Below, piece after piece: positions 40,104 through 53,604 of a stretch of 64,000 bases of DNA (positions are counted from its first letter, which is position 1; each line of letters opens with the position of its first letter). Under the pieces are notes generated by a model that saw only the letters and a program-made list of their open reading frames with translations, searched no databases and was not told the DNA's origin. Both the position numbers and the translations under genes were made by a program. The stretch covers positions 79,846 to 143,845 of the forward strand of contig MQRK01216387.1 in the NCBI GenBank assembly GCA_001938485.1, in the 5' to 3' direction. Origin of the DNA: Girardia tigrina. Taxonomy: Eukaryota.

Positions 40104-41691
40104 CAGGGTGACGCAAAATAAACTCAAAGGTACTTTTCTATTGGATCTTTTTATCCACCTACTTTTTTATAGATAAAGTATACATTTTAGAATCCTGAGC
40201 GTCGCCAAATTCTGATGGTATATAAAAAAATCGAAAAAAACATCAAACATTAAAAAACAAATTTTTGAGACGAAAAATTTAACAAGCTTATTATTCCATA
40301 AAAGTATAACAACAATTAATTATCGAATTTCAACTTGTCCTCCATCTCTAAGAAAACATTCATGCAAACGATGTCTGTAGTCGGCCACAACGCGTTCACG
40401 AAGTGCGCGGTCTCCACGGATTTCATTGCAACTTCTTCAATCGCTGCTCTCAACTCTTCGAGTGTTCTTGGACGTTGTTCGCGATGATAAATTCGACCTT
40501 TCATGTAGCCCTACAACAAATAGTCACATGCTGTAAGATCTGGCGAGCGAGGTGGTCATGTAACTGGAGCAGGATGCGCCCGTGTTCTGCGACCTATCCA
40601 TCGATTTGGAAACTGTTGACCAAACAATTCAAGAAAATCTCAAAGAATGTGTGGCGGAGCGCCGTCATGCTGCTCAATGAGAGAATTGAAATTCGGCCAA
40701 GTTTGAAGCTCTGGAATAACGTGCTCTTGATATAATTCAGTCATCCAACGACCATTGATTCCGCGCTCATTTCCTTGTCGCTCCCAAAAGTATGGGTCAA
40801 CAACACCTTCGACACCAATTCCCATCCAAACTGTCAATTTTTGAGGATGAAGTCGACGAACATCAAACCAATGAGGATTTTCATCGGGCCACATGATCCA
40901 GTCTTGACGATTGACGCTTCCGTCCAAATGAAAGTGGGCTTCATCCGTAAAAAGATTGTTGAGTCTGTTTGCATCTTCATCCAATCAATCCAATTCGGTT
41001 CGAGCAAACTCAATTCGAGCGGCATAGTCGGTTTCCTCCAAGGCATGAGCCATTTGCAAATGATAGGGACGCATCTGTAAGTCTTCTTTCAAAATTCACT
41101 GCAAGCTTCTTTGTGACATACGAACTGTTCCGTGATCGTCTTCTTCGCTGTCAGTGTCGCTAGTTGAAACAAATGGATTGCGTCGAGTTGATATATGAGG
41201 ATTTGCAGTAAATGCTTCACGGACATCTTCAATGGCTTCTATTGTGCGAACACGTTTTGGCTTGTTCTTTCCGCGCTTTCCATGGACACTTCCAGTCGCT
41301 CGAAAACCGTCAATCCATTTTACAATGACTCTTTTTTCCGGAATCTTTGCTCGACCATTTCTTGTTTCTTTCGGAATCGAGTTTTGAGCTGCGCATAATC
41401 ATAGGCTTCCTCAACAAGCATAAAAACGAGATGAGCTTTTTGCTGATCCTTATACGTCATTTGAATCAAATTTTAGGGTAAAACTTTCTAAGTTCATTTA
41501 GAAAAACGCTTGTTAAATTTTTCGTCTCAAATTTTTTTTTAATTTTTGATGTTTTTTATTTTATTTTGATTTTTTTATATACCATCAGAATTTGGCGACG
41601 CTCAGGATTCTAAAAATGTATACTTTACCTAAAAAGTTGGATAAAATGATCCAATAGAAAAGTACCTTGGAGTTTATTTTGCGTCACCCTG
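40104..41691 (-). mobile_element. Long-TIR Tc1/mariner (DD41D/rosa-related) element, decayed copy
   Basis: TA|CAGGGTGACGCAAAATAAACTC... long TIRs; homologous throughout to 57103-58693; several stops and frameshifts. Confidence 0.95.
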
Positions 41692-42401
41692 TATTTCTAT
41701 GCTAAAACAGATTTAGATAGTGTTGTAATATCGAACAAAGTGTTTCTCAAGCTAAAGGTTTACTAAAAGTAACATTGAAATATAAAGACAATAATAAAAA
41801 AATAAATAAATTTTGAGATCCAAATTGTCCTTTTCCAAGACTTGTTTGTTCAGAGTTTTGTTCAAATAGAAAACATGAATTAAAAAAATGAAATATTTTT
41901 TATCTTAAAAAACATTTCTGTGAAATCACCTTGTCATTATACTAAATTATATATAATAAAATTATATTTTTAATTTTAATATAATTATTATAAAATTATT
42001 ATTATTTTATATTTTCGTTATTCTTTTCCTCTCCGTTCCAGTACCTGTAGGAGAGCCAAACTCTAAATGACCGTCACATGTAGGGTTGATTTAGTGTAGA
42101 GAAATCATGTTATTATTAGTTTTGTTATATTATAAAAATTAAATTATAAATTTTGAATTACCTATGACTATATCGATTTTCGGTGTAGTCATAGATAATT
42201 TAGAATTCAAAAGTTAAAAATGTATAAAATGTCAGAATACTAATGTATACTAAAAAAATACCGAGTCGTTTTGTTTATTTGAAAGTGTACTACATATTTA
42301 TTTTTAATGGTAAAACGATGTCTTAACAATCGACTCACGAAATAATTGGATTCGATTTCAACAAATCATATTACATATGTACATATGTTTGTACATATGT
42401 A

Positions 42402-43648
42402 TTAGGTTTTTGCAAAAGAAATGCAAGTTTTTGTTTTTTTTGTATTTACCGCAATGTTATACGACTAAAGGATGCATGATGTTACACAATGTATGATTTT
42501 ATAAGTCATTCGAAAGCTTAATTTATACTCTTTCAGATATATTTGTCTAAAACCTATTATAATGTATCTTTTGGTAATAATTTTGATTTTAATTGCAGAT
42601 GTCCAAACGTGATTTTCGCAAAATTTACTTCTACGAGTTCAAGCTAGGGTGTAATGTCACTCAAACCAAATTTTGGGGCAAGGTAAGTGTTAACTAGTGC
42701 TCGGTGCAGGGCTGGTATCAAGAATTTCTCTCTGGCAATACGAGCCTGGAAGATGAGTCTCATGATAGCCGTCCATTGACGATTGACAACGACGAATTGA
42801 AGGAGCTGGTGGAAGCCGATCCACGCACAACTGTTCGAGCACTCGCCGAAGAGCTCGGCACTTGAAGCCAATTGGAAAGTCGAAAAAGCTCGATAAATGG
42901 GTGCCTCACGAATTGAATGAAAGTCAAAAAAATCGTCGTTTTGAGGTGTCTTCAGCGCTTTTTCTGCGCAACAAGAGCGACCCGTTTCTCGATGGGATTG
43001 TGACGTGTGATGAGAAATGAATTCTCTACAACATTTGGCGACGTTCAGCACAATGGTTGAACTCCGATGAGGCCCCTCACCACTTTCCGAAACAGAAACT
43101 CCACCAAAAGAAGGTTATGGTGACTGTTTCGTGGTCTGCAGCCGGTCTCAAATATCTTAACTTTTTGAATACGGGTAAAACGATCACTGTAGAGAAGTTT
43201 TGCCAACAAATTGAAAAAATGCATCCCGAGCTCCGACGTATGTATTTAAGATTAATCAATATGAAGGGGACAATTCTCCTCCACGACAACGCCCGGCAAC
43301 ACATAGCAAAACAGACCCTACAAAACTAAACAAATCGAGCAACAAAACTCTGCCTCAAGCACCCTATTCACCGTACCTCTCGCCCACTGACTACTATTTG
43401 TTCAAGCATCTGGTAAACTTCCTCCAGGAAAAATGCTTCCAAAACTTAGACAACGCCAAATACGCCTTTAACGCTTTCATCGCATCCAGAACTCAGGAGT
43501 TCCACACTAGGGGCATCAATAAACTTGTTTCTCGTTGGAAAAATGTATTCATTGTGATGGTTTTTATTTCGATTAATAAAGTTTGTTTTGTGAAGAGTTT
43601 ATTTAAAATTTAGGTTTTAAAATCTGCATTGCTTTTGCAGCAATCTAA
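42402..43648 (+). mobile_element. Full-length decayed mariner (DD34D, Hsmar1/cecropia-like)
   Basis: TA-flanked TIRs TTAGGTT..GCAAAAG/CTTTTGCAGCAATCTAA; ATG 42599 MSKRDFRKIYFYEFKLG, KWVPHEL, TCDEK*ILY, LLHDNAR, YSPYLSPTDYYLF; stop ~43576. Confidence 0.92.
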
Positions 43649-44879
43649 TACTTCTAACGGCGAAACAATAATATGTTGCTCTAGTACTGAAATATTTGAT
43701 TTTTGATCAAACCTATTACCTGTCCAACATATTTTTTGTCCAACACAACATTAATTATTAAATTAACGGCAATCCGTTTATCAAGATTTTGTATTTATCC
43801 TAAAATTGGCATATAAAGTAACTTATTTATTTAGTGTTCATCTCCTAAACAACTTTTTCTTTTTGTCGTGACCTGTTTACTCTCTTTTTTATTCTTACTG
43901 TTTTGAGTTATTAATTTTATCATTTATTTATTTGCATTGCTGTTGTCTTTTTAATTGTCATTTTTGTTGAGTATAGAGTATAAAAAATAAAATTTTATAA
44001 ATTAAATTGTTTTAATTAATAGATATTATATTATAGATATTATTAATAGATATTATTTATCTGTTTATCATATTAAATATTAATTATATATGAATAATTA
44101 AAATAAAATTAAATGAAAATAAAAGGATCTTAGATAAAGGTAAGAAATATTTATGTAAAATAAAGAAATATATGTAGTGAAAAGATAAATAGAAAAAATT
44201 GAATTTTAAGAAGTAGTATAAAAGAAGAAAGAAATTTAGTAAAGAGTAGACAAAAAGAAATTATTTCTAAAAGTTTAGAAGCTTCGTTGAGCTACAAGAA
44301 TTATTTTTAAAAGTTTAAAAGTTAAATTATTTTAAAGAAGATTAATTATGAAAAGAAATTTCTAATTAAAATTGATATTTGAAAAGGAAAAAAAGAAATT
44401 CCAGGAATTTGTGGCAGTCGACCACCCAGAGCGGAAAAGCTGTAATATATAAATCAGTTCCAGTAAAAACGAAAAATCAGAAAAAAAGAGAAGAAGAAAA
44501 TTTATAATCCAGAGTGCGATTCAGCTATATGAATTTAACATAAAAATTGTATATTTTATTTAATATATTTTCCTATATATTTTAAAATCATTTTAAAGTA
44601 AATTCTACTTCTCCATCTATCTAAACATTAAATTCACAAGAATAAGGTATAAGTCCATTAAAGGACATAAATAAAAAATTGTAAATAATAAATAAATATT
44701 TTTATAAAACTCTATCGTTTTGAATTTCGTTTTTGAAAATAAATAATCACTGTAAAATTTATTATTTCGTAAGTTAACAAAATAATAAATTTTACTCAAA
44801 ATAAATAAAAGTAAACTAACAATTTGTAACTTTTAATAAATAAAAAAACAATTCCAAACAAAAATTCCAATCAAAACAG

Positions 44880-46232
44880 ATCACCTCTTCGTCGTTTAAA
44901 TTTTTTCTGGCATAATCACCATTGTCGAAATCATCGGTAAGTTAGTCATTATTTTTTAATTGTTTAATCCATTTCAGTTTATTGATTTCCATTTTCTTAT
45001 GCAATTGTAACTTCTCGTCGGTTGTCATTTTTCTGGATACATCGACATTAATAAGCTGATTGTTAAAATATTTTGAAGAACTTATGTCTTGCGCTGAATC
45101 ATTCCTATTTCTATTACGTACATAATAATCCTTATATTTAGTACCGAAATATTTTTCCCATTTATGCTTTAGAATATCATCAGTAGATTTGTAATGATCT
45201 AAAGGCCAACTAACAATTTGGTGACAAATACCTTCATAAATACCCTTGTCATTGGATCTCAAAATATTTAAATCACCCTTCGAACATTGATTTAAAACTG
45301 ATGTAATTTTTTNNTAATGATGTTATTAAATTACTTGATTTATCCAAACTTAAAATATTGTCTTTCAAAATTAACGAAATCGTTTTCAAGATTACTTTTT
45401 CATTGTTCAATTTCCTTTATACTGGGTAAGGACTTAAATTTTTTATTATCGATATCATTTTTTAAATTTTCAGTAACAAAATTGGAATTCGATTTATTTA
45501 AGAAACATTTTTGCTTTCATAACTAAATTTCTATTTTCTATTTTTCTATTTCTGTTNNNNNNNNNNNNNNNNNNNNNNNNNNNNNNNNNNNNNNNNNNNN
45601 NNNNNNTGATGTTATTAAATTACTTGATTTATCCAAACTTAAAATATTGTCTTTCAAAATTAACGAAATCGTTTTCAAGATTACTTTTTCATTGTTCAAT
45701 TTCCTTTATACTGGGTAAGGACTTAGATTTTTTATTATCGATATCATTTTTTAAATTTTCAGTAACAAAATTGGAATTCGATTTATTTAAGAAACATTTT
45801 TGCTTTCATAACTAAATTTCTATTTTCTATTTTTCTATTTCTGTTGACATAGACGATATCTTAGAATCACTANNNNNNNNNNNNNNNNTCAATCAAAAAA
45901 AATGATTTGAATTCTGGCAAGGAAAATATAGGTCCTTCGCATAATTCTTTCACACATAATTCTTTAAGTAGTTCCTTCTGATTTATTTTCTTTAATTGTG
46001 ACAAAGAATTGAGACTCGAGATCATTGGCTTAATGAATCACTAATCGTTCAAAAATAACATCAAAAAAAAAACAATATACATCACATTCATCACACACAG
46101 GAAAATTTATGTACAAAAAAATAAAAACAGCTAGCGAAACCAAGACTTTGTACAAGAAAAAACGAAAGCAGCACAAAGGTCAGAAGACATACAAACCAAA
46201 CAGTCATGTAGTGTCAGTAAGTAGGGCACTAC
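44880..46232 (-). mobile_element. Unclassified element beginning TGTAGTGCCCTACTTACTGA, copy 2, with a gag/ORF1-like decayed ORF
   Basis: Terminus shared with 31322; ORF remnants including INVDVSRKMTTDEKLQLHKK, resembling LINE ORF1 C-termini. Confidence 0.4.
45318..45846. repeat. ~240-bp near-identical tandem duplication across an N-gap (likely assembly overlap)
   Basis: 45318-45556 equals 45607-45846 apart from one substitution seen. Confidence 0.85.
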
Positions 46233-46439
46233 AATCACCTAGATACCCAAACATTTTTATCTTCTATGCTGAAGAGTAAATATTAAAGCTACCACGGAAA
46301 ACTTCAACGCCACCTTACCAAAGTGTGATTAAAAAGTTACAGAAATAGATTCTCTAATAGTTGTAGCATGGGGTAAAGAGAATGTCTTATCGTTAACAAT
46401 AAACCATCTCAAAAGAATAGGCCTGTAGAGCGGAAGAAT

Positions 46440-46900
46440 AATTCTCAAGAGTTCAAAGATCAGGAAGACCAAAAAATGCAAAAGCAGAAGAAAATATCAA
46501 TTCTGTATGTAAGCATAAATATGCTTTCATACATCGTGAGATTAACTTGGTTAACAGTTCAAAGAATTCTGAAACATGACTTACAGAAACAGTGTTTAGC
46601 AAAAATGGGTGCCTCAAACTTTTAATGAAAGTCAAAAGACAGCTCAGGTAGAAATGACCAGGATAATTTTAAATGAGCTACATGGAAGCGTTGTTATTAT
46701 AGATGAGAAATTGCTCTATTTCATCCCTATGCCAGTACATAAAAATCATTGTGCATGGATATACCCTGGTGATGACCGCTGTCAAAACCTAAGCGTATAA
46801 TTGCTGAAAAATTTTATATAATTGTGGCAATTAAGTTTTGTGATGAAAATTATTTTGAAGTGCTAGGCCACGACATAACAGTCAATGAACAGGTGCAAAT
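46440..46900 (+). mobile_element. mariner-like relic
   Basis: RSGRPK, KWVPQTFNESQK..RIIL..VVIIDEKLLY. Confidence 0.65.
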
Positions 46901-47219
46901 TCTTTTTCTAGGAAAAGTGGTTGGTTTTTTGAACCTTTTGCATACAAGTGAAGAAAAAATTTTACAATGTTAAAAAAATGCCGCTATATTTAATGGTACC
47001 CGGATAACCAGTCCTTTTTTCTATAGTCACCTTAAGATATACAGTTAACAATTATTTTGTTTTATTAAATGTAAATTTTTGGCAAGAATGAGTGGGTTGA
47101 CATCAAGAATTATATATTATGTTGCGGTCGAAAAATAATAGAATAATACATTACACATGCCATATAAAAAGGAAAAAGAAAACAGAAGTATTAATACATT
47201 TATTAAATCAAAAAATAAG

Positions 47220-47831
47220 TTCCTGGACCGCTTTGGATTTATTGTAACCAAGGGGGCAGCATTGTGTCGCAGCTAAAAAACGATAAATGAAGAAAATTAG
47301 ACAAGAGAATCGAAAAACTTACTTTATAGGCAGGACCAAATGAGATGATAAGCTGTTGAGACCAAACTGTAGAACCCCGAAGGCCTTGGGAAGAAGTAAC
47401 CGCTCTAAAGGATAAAATAATTAATTAAAAAGACCCAAAATGAATTGAAGCACCTCATGGGCGACCCGTTGTCGTTTAGGGGCCATCCGACACTCCACAC
47501 GTAGCTTATCATGAGACCGGTCCCTGGGTGTGGTCCGCGAAGCCATGACANNNNNNNNNNNNNNNNNNNNNNNNNNNNNNNNNNNNNNNNNNNNNNNNNN
47601 NNNNNNNNNNNNNNNNNNNNNNNNNNNNNNNNNNNNNNNNNNNNNNNNNNNNNNNNNNNNNNNNNNNNNNNNNNNNNNNNNNNNNNNNNNNNNNNNNNNN
47701 NNNNNNNNNNNNNNNNNNNNNNNNNNNNNNNNNNNNNNNNNACGGCCTAGTAACACCAGCCCTGGCGAATCATAGTTAGAGACTGGTGGCATCAACCAAC
47801 CAGGTACGGACACGAAAAATATGTCGCCACA
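47220..47831 (+). mobile_element. LTR-retrotransposon 3' end (integrase tail, PPT, LTR with gap)
   Basis: DRFGF tail, purine tract AAGGGGGCAGCA, then TGTGTCG (47263) ... CGCCACA (47831). Confidence 0.45.
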
Positions 47832-49488
47832 CACAAATATCAAGTGTTATAAATATAACACTCACTGAGGCTAGTTCACACTTTTTTATTATCGCAAAAT
47901 CCTAACGCATTTTTTTCATTTTGCATAATTGCATTCTTTAAAAAAAAAAGAAAACTACAACAATCTCCATACCGCTTTCGCGCCGATTACGACAAACAAT
48001 ATCCGCACAGATTTGGAACCACGAAGATAACCCGCTTACCGAGACGCGATCAGAACCANNNNNNNNNNNNNNNNNNNNNNNNNNNNNNNNNNNNNNNNNN
48101 NNNNNNNNNNNNNNNNNNNNNNNNNNNNNNNNNNNNNNNNNNNNNNNNNNNNNNNNNNNNNNNNNNNNNNNNNNNNNNNNNNNNNNNNNNNNNNNNNNNN
48201 NNNNNNNNNNNNNNNNNNNNNNNNNNNNNNNNNNNNNNNNNNNNNNNNNNNNNNNNNNNNNNNNNNNNNNNNNNNNNNNNNNNNNNNNNNNNNNNNNNNN
48301 NNNNNNNNNNNNNNNNNNNNNNNNNNNNNNNNNNNNNNNNNNNNNNNNNNNNNNNNNNNNCGCTCGAATGCGCGATGGAAAAATTTCGGCGGCCATGCCG
48401 ACCCGATAATTGTTAACATTACATCGATACCCCTCGAAGTGTTCATTCGAGAGAGTCGCGTCAGGGTGAACGTCGAAAAGAAAAAAACAGAAGTGAGAAC
48501 GTGTCCGCGCAAGTCGCATGATTGTTTTTCAGGCATTTATTAAATATAGTTTTCCGTGATATTAGTTCATCGTTAATTCATTTTAGTGTTTTATTTTTTA
48601 TATATTTTGTTGCGAATTATGAACAGTTGAATATGTTGAGTTTCGCGAAGTACTAGGCGAAATGAGATAGGCGAATATTTATCGAAAGGTATAGCGAGAG
48701 TGTTCAATTAAGAGTATTTATAGGTAATGCAATGTTTGAGGTATAGAATGTTTTATAATTATATGATAACTTTCCACTGTTTGTANNNNNNNNNNNNNNN
48801 NNNNNNNNNNNNNNNNNNNNNNNNNCCCTAAGTTGGGATTATATAGGTAGAGTTATTTGCGTTTTCGTATTTTATTTATTATTTTATCGGAAAGTTTTAT
48901 TGTAAAAGGAAATTTGATAAAGTATCGTGTGAAATTGGGTGATAATAATTTCCGGCTAGAAAGAATTAATTTGATTTATTTGACTGATTCATTAATATAG
49001 CAAATGTTATTTTCAAAATAAAAGGGGGCAAAAAAAAATTAAGAAATCGATAGAAGGGTTATTGATAAGCTACATTACATATTAAATTATATACGTTGAA
49101 GCTTACGATTGAATTATTATGGCTGTAAATTTTATAAGTAATGTGCTCCGACAAAACTTCTTAAGCGCATTTTGGGTAGGGGAAATATTCACATTTCGAA
49201 CAGATTTAATCAAATTTAGAGATCAGTCGTAATAATCGTGAGCGATAATTTAATCAAATTACGATTCTATAATTTAGTTTTNNNNNNNNNNNNNNNNNNN
49301 NNNNNNNNNNNNNNNNNNNNNNNNNNNNNNNNNNNNNNNNNNNNNNNNNNNATGTTGTTGATTGTTTGCTCACAGGCACCGATGAATAATAAAATTATTA
49401 GGAGTTATAATTACGATTAATAAATTATTCGATAAAATTTTGTTCCACGAGTAGAATAGGAATTGATTTGATGTCTAACGCAATCGTT

Positions 49489-49579
49489 GAGCGCAGTAGG
49501 GGTTCTAACCCATGTAAGTAAGCTTCGATGCGGACGAAAGCGTCTCTAATTGTTTAGCATTACAGTGCGCCACCATCTC
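49489..49579 (-). ncRNA. tRNA-derived SINE head or tRNA pseudogene
   Basis: A-box-like TGGCGCACTG and B-box-like GGGTTAGAACCCC; CTTTC in a small GAC/GTC stem (Glu-like); acceptor stem poor. Confidence 0.4.
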
Positions 49580-49680
49580 GAGAAATAATGATTTTTTTTA
49601 GACTGTTGTGACAGCTTTGATTATTGAATTTCGATACTGATAATTGCGAGTTATTCATCATAGAAGTTAAGATAGTAAAN

Positions 49681-49965
49681 TGTAATGAAAAGAAAAATCA
49701 TCCCCGAACGACACTCCGCTAGGTGGGGGGCCCATAGCCCATCCCATCTTTACTCGAACCCGCAGGCCCTTCAGACTCGGCACTGCCAGGCAGATGTCGA
49801 GCGAGAAGAGGCGTCCGATCCATAGATAAGTTTAATGGTTAAATGAGTTTTAAAACAGTTAGTAAAATAGTATGGACTGAAACCGGGTTGTGGCTGACCC
49901 TCAATAGCCACTGGGGGCTCTGAGCGCGCAAAATTGTTACAAACAGATGGGTCGTGACAATTACA
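49681..49965. mobile_element. GC-rich solo-LTR-like island
   Basis: Starts TGTAAT, ends ATTACA; an N at 49680 prevents a TSD check. Confidence 0.4.
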
Positions 49966-50089
49966 TGATATAATACATATACAAATGTAAAAAGAGCTAA
50001 AAAATTATAAAATATAAATATTTTAATTAAGCATTTTTAAATCTCCACAGACATGATAAATAAAAATCAGATTATATTTTTAGGTAAAC

Positions 50090-50290
50090 CAATTTCATCA
50101 ATCTTTTGATCAAATAAAAACGCCTCGAATATGTTTACATCAAAAAATGATTTTTATTGTAAAATAGTTTTTGAACTAGACGATGTAAAATTTATTTTTT
50201 TTGATATTTTATTAATATTGTTTGTACTTTTCTGATTGAGATTTATGTGAAAATAAATATTTTTGATTTGATCATATTTCCTTTCTTTGG
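50090..50290 (-). mobile_element. Possible Penelope GIY-YIG C-terminal relic
   Basis: IYFHIN..TILQ..FFDVNIFEAFLF resembles S.I..H...F.IL......L.I.EAL.I. Confidence 0.3.
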
Positions 50291-51779
50291 TATTGTTAAA
50301 GTAAAACTGATGAAGTGAAGATATTAGGAAAGTCCCCTAACCCAATATCATTGTTCAAGATCGTCAATGTAGCAATGATTCTTATTCGATAGTTATTGTA
50401 GATAGTTATAATCTTGTAAAAAATGAATATATTTCAATATAGTTTCTCTAAAACTGCAAAGTTTTACTGTTACGAAATTAGAAAGTGTAAAATAGTGATA
50501 AGAATGGATGATGCTGGACAACTCGCAAACCCGAAGAGTAATTATTGTTAGAAAAAATTAATAAAAAATTTTGAAAGAATGTAAAATAAAATATACCAAT
50601 TTGAATGTAAAAAAATTATAAAACAAATAATTACATAATCGATAATGCTAACGCCATTTACAATTGATAAAAATTTTTAAAATTAAAATTTATCAAATTA
50701 AAATGAAATCTAAAATTAATATTATAAGTATTTATATTTATACCGGTTTAAGATTTATAAAACAAATTGTTTCTAAAATATTAGTCTTGTTTAAATATTA
50801 GTCTTAATCACTTTTTTTGAAATTATTGTAACAAAATTTGGATTTGATGTTGGAATCAACTTTAATAATAACTCTGAGGATGTTCCAAGAACATCTAACG
50901 ATTATAATATTTCAAATGTTCTGTGAGGGAAAATTCGGAATGTTGTAAGTTTGTTGTTTGTATGCTATTTAGATTTGTGACTCTCCTACTCAGATGGGAT
51001 TGATATGTTATTGATTGATTATTTAAATCTAATGAGATTAGTTTAATGAGATTAATGTTTAAATACTAATTAATTAAAAAGTTTTATTATTATAATTTTT
51101 AATAATATTTTTTAGTAAAACGATTTTAACTTATTAAATTTAAAATATTTTAAAAAATAATGTTTATTTTAAAATTTGGAGAAATGAAAAGTTAATATTA
51201 TTTTTAACTCATTAATTAAATTGAAGATTTAAATAAATAAACAACAAACATAATAATCAAGAATGACGATTCCCGCAGAAATCGTCACTGAAAATGTTTG
51301 TGTTGTTAATAAATGTTTACACTAAAATTTTGATGTTGCTAATAGGTTCAAAAGTGGAGCACTCGCCGAAAATCTTTTGACTAAAATACGCAGCATGACT
51401 AAGTTTAAATATGGACATCTTAAAAGTTTTTTAAATACATCAAACACATCACAGATCAAAATATTAAATAAATAAATATTAGTATAAATAAATATTAAGT
51501 GAACGAAATTTTTGCTTAATGGGAACTAAATATAATAAACAGTCTTTGTAAAGAAGCTTAGGGAGGCGCAATTCGATAATTAACTTCTTTAAGAGTTACG
51601 ATGAATAATTGGGTTTAGTAACCTCTTTACATCTAACAAACAGAAATCCGAACAAACAGAATTGTAGGCAAATGTAGGATTACCGAGATTGTATAGTTAT
51701 TAATTTCAATACAGGTATTCCATTTTAATCGAAAATTTAAAATACCAATGAATTTAGAGAAAAAAATCATATTGTTTTA

Positions 51780-52030
51780 CGAAGGTTCGGTCAATTCAAA
51801 TCTCCTTTGTCATTGATCCGACTCCACGGTAACCTTTAGTTCGTCATGGTCTACCTGCGTTCCTGCACGATTCCAAGACTCTTTAATGGTGTTAAAATTA
51901 CCTTTCACGAATTTCCTGAATCAATTTGACACTGTCTGCTGAGTACCAGTATTGTATCCAAATACAATATTGATTTTTTGCATAGTTTTTGATGCCAAGG
52001 TTGCAAGTAGGAACTCATACTTTATAATAG
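51780..52030 (-). mobile_element. mariner N-terminal relic
   Basis: YEFLLATLASKTMQKINIVFG..TVSN*FRKF..G..VDHDELKVTVESD. Confidence 0.75.
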
Positions 52031-53147
52031 TTTGAATTTCTGTATTTTAAATTTTAAATACTGATTATTAAAACAATCTATTCATAATTTTTTTAATTTT
52101 TATTAATGTGTTCAATAGCCAAAATATGTAACAATTACACAAAAAACTGAGAAGCAAAATATTAAGTAATTGTCAATTTATCGCTATTTTTCCATTCTTT
52201 TTATTAGCTTACTTACTATGTATATTTATATGTATCCATGGAATTTAGAAATCTATTTTTGAAGCCTTTCTACTAAATTATTTTTCTCCAATCTTTGCAC
52301 ACTTACTCATTTCCAATGACAATAAATGATAATGTAAATATTCGATCAAAAAACTTTTTTAAGTTCTCAGAATATCGGAGTTCCTGAACAATATAAGTAT
52401 AAAAAGATCTACTTATAAATTATTAAAAAAATTTAATTGAAAAATAAATAAAGTGTAAGTAAACCGATTTAAAGTCTAACTAGTAAATCAAAACATTATT
52501 TAGTCAACAGTATTTTTGAAAACTTTTATTATGTTTTTTTGAAAATATTTTTCTTAAATGAAAATTTCTATAAATTAAACAAAAACGTAAAAAACATTAA
52601 AAAATTGCATATAATCTTTCCCTTGAAATTATTCGAACGCTCAACTATCACCTTCACATGAGAAAAAATAGTTGTGAAAACACTAACACATACACCTCTC
52701 GACCATTGTAAAATGTATGGAGAATTGAAAATTGAAATTTAATTAACTATCAAAATTTTAATTAAAAAAATAAAAAGTTTTAAAATTATAATAATCAAGT
52801 AAAGTTCTGTCTGCATAGAGAATGGATATCAAATTTTTTTAAGATTTATTAGTTAATTTATTGTAATAATGACTACAAATCTCATACTTGACACCCTAAT
52901 AATATCTTAATATAAATAAACCTTAGTTTAATTTATCGATATACTCTTCATTCTCATTTTATGTTTTTATAATTGAAGTTTCAGATTTAAACAATATTTT
53001 AACATTATCATCGTTATAAAATAATTAAATTATTATGTCTTTTAAATTCCTCTTTCCCAGTGGTTATCAACCAAGAAATTTTGTCTTATAAGTAAGACCA
53101 TTCAAACTATTTTATAATGCTTCATATCTTCAATAAAATGGTTATAA

Positions 53148-53195
53148 CTAGTGTTCCACCCGACACTCAGATTGCCCTGAGTATCGGACGGAGGC
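53148..53195 (-). mobile_element. Helitron-like 3' terminus
   Basis: Hairpin CCGATACTCAG-GGCAAT-CTGAGTGTCGG followed by CTAG|T. Confidence 0.5.
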
Positions 53196-53569
53196 GACAG
53201 GGTTGCGCAGGGAACTTTCCTTGGTTTGCTGGGCCCATTTTAAAATACATCGCCGCCGTAATTCATTATTGATAATTGTTTGGTCCATAATTATTTCGAA
53301 AAAGTCCACGAAATCAAAAACCCAAATGAAAATTTTGATCGCTTTATTTTCTTTCATAATTTTCAGCTTTCATATTTTTATCATTTAATCCATTTAAACA
53401 ACTCTTTGTCACAAAACTTCCTCTCATTCAATATTTTTTAAAATCAATATAATCCATAAAAAAAACGATTTCTAGACCAAACATTTACACAAAAATAAAG
53501 TAAAAATTAAAGGTAAAGTTTTTGCATTTTTTTCAGTAATTGAGGGAGCGCAGGATCCATTTCAATTTC

Positions 53570-53604
53570 GTTTCGAGATAATAAAAATCCCATCATCAGG
53601 TCAC
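53570..53604 (-). ncRNA. Truncated hammerhead ribozyme motif
   Basis: GTGAC-CTGATGA-T-GGGAT(TTTTATT)ATCTC-GAAAC; 3' half absent. Confidence 0.45.

Noticed and set aside
45318-45846. Biological tandem duplication
   Set aside because: Copies abut gaps and are near-identical; most likely unmerged contig ends or haplotypes
50327-50337. GGAAAGTCCCC, identical to RNase MRP conserved region I
   Set aside because: No downstream GGGGCT partner or supporting helices
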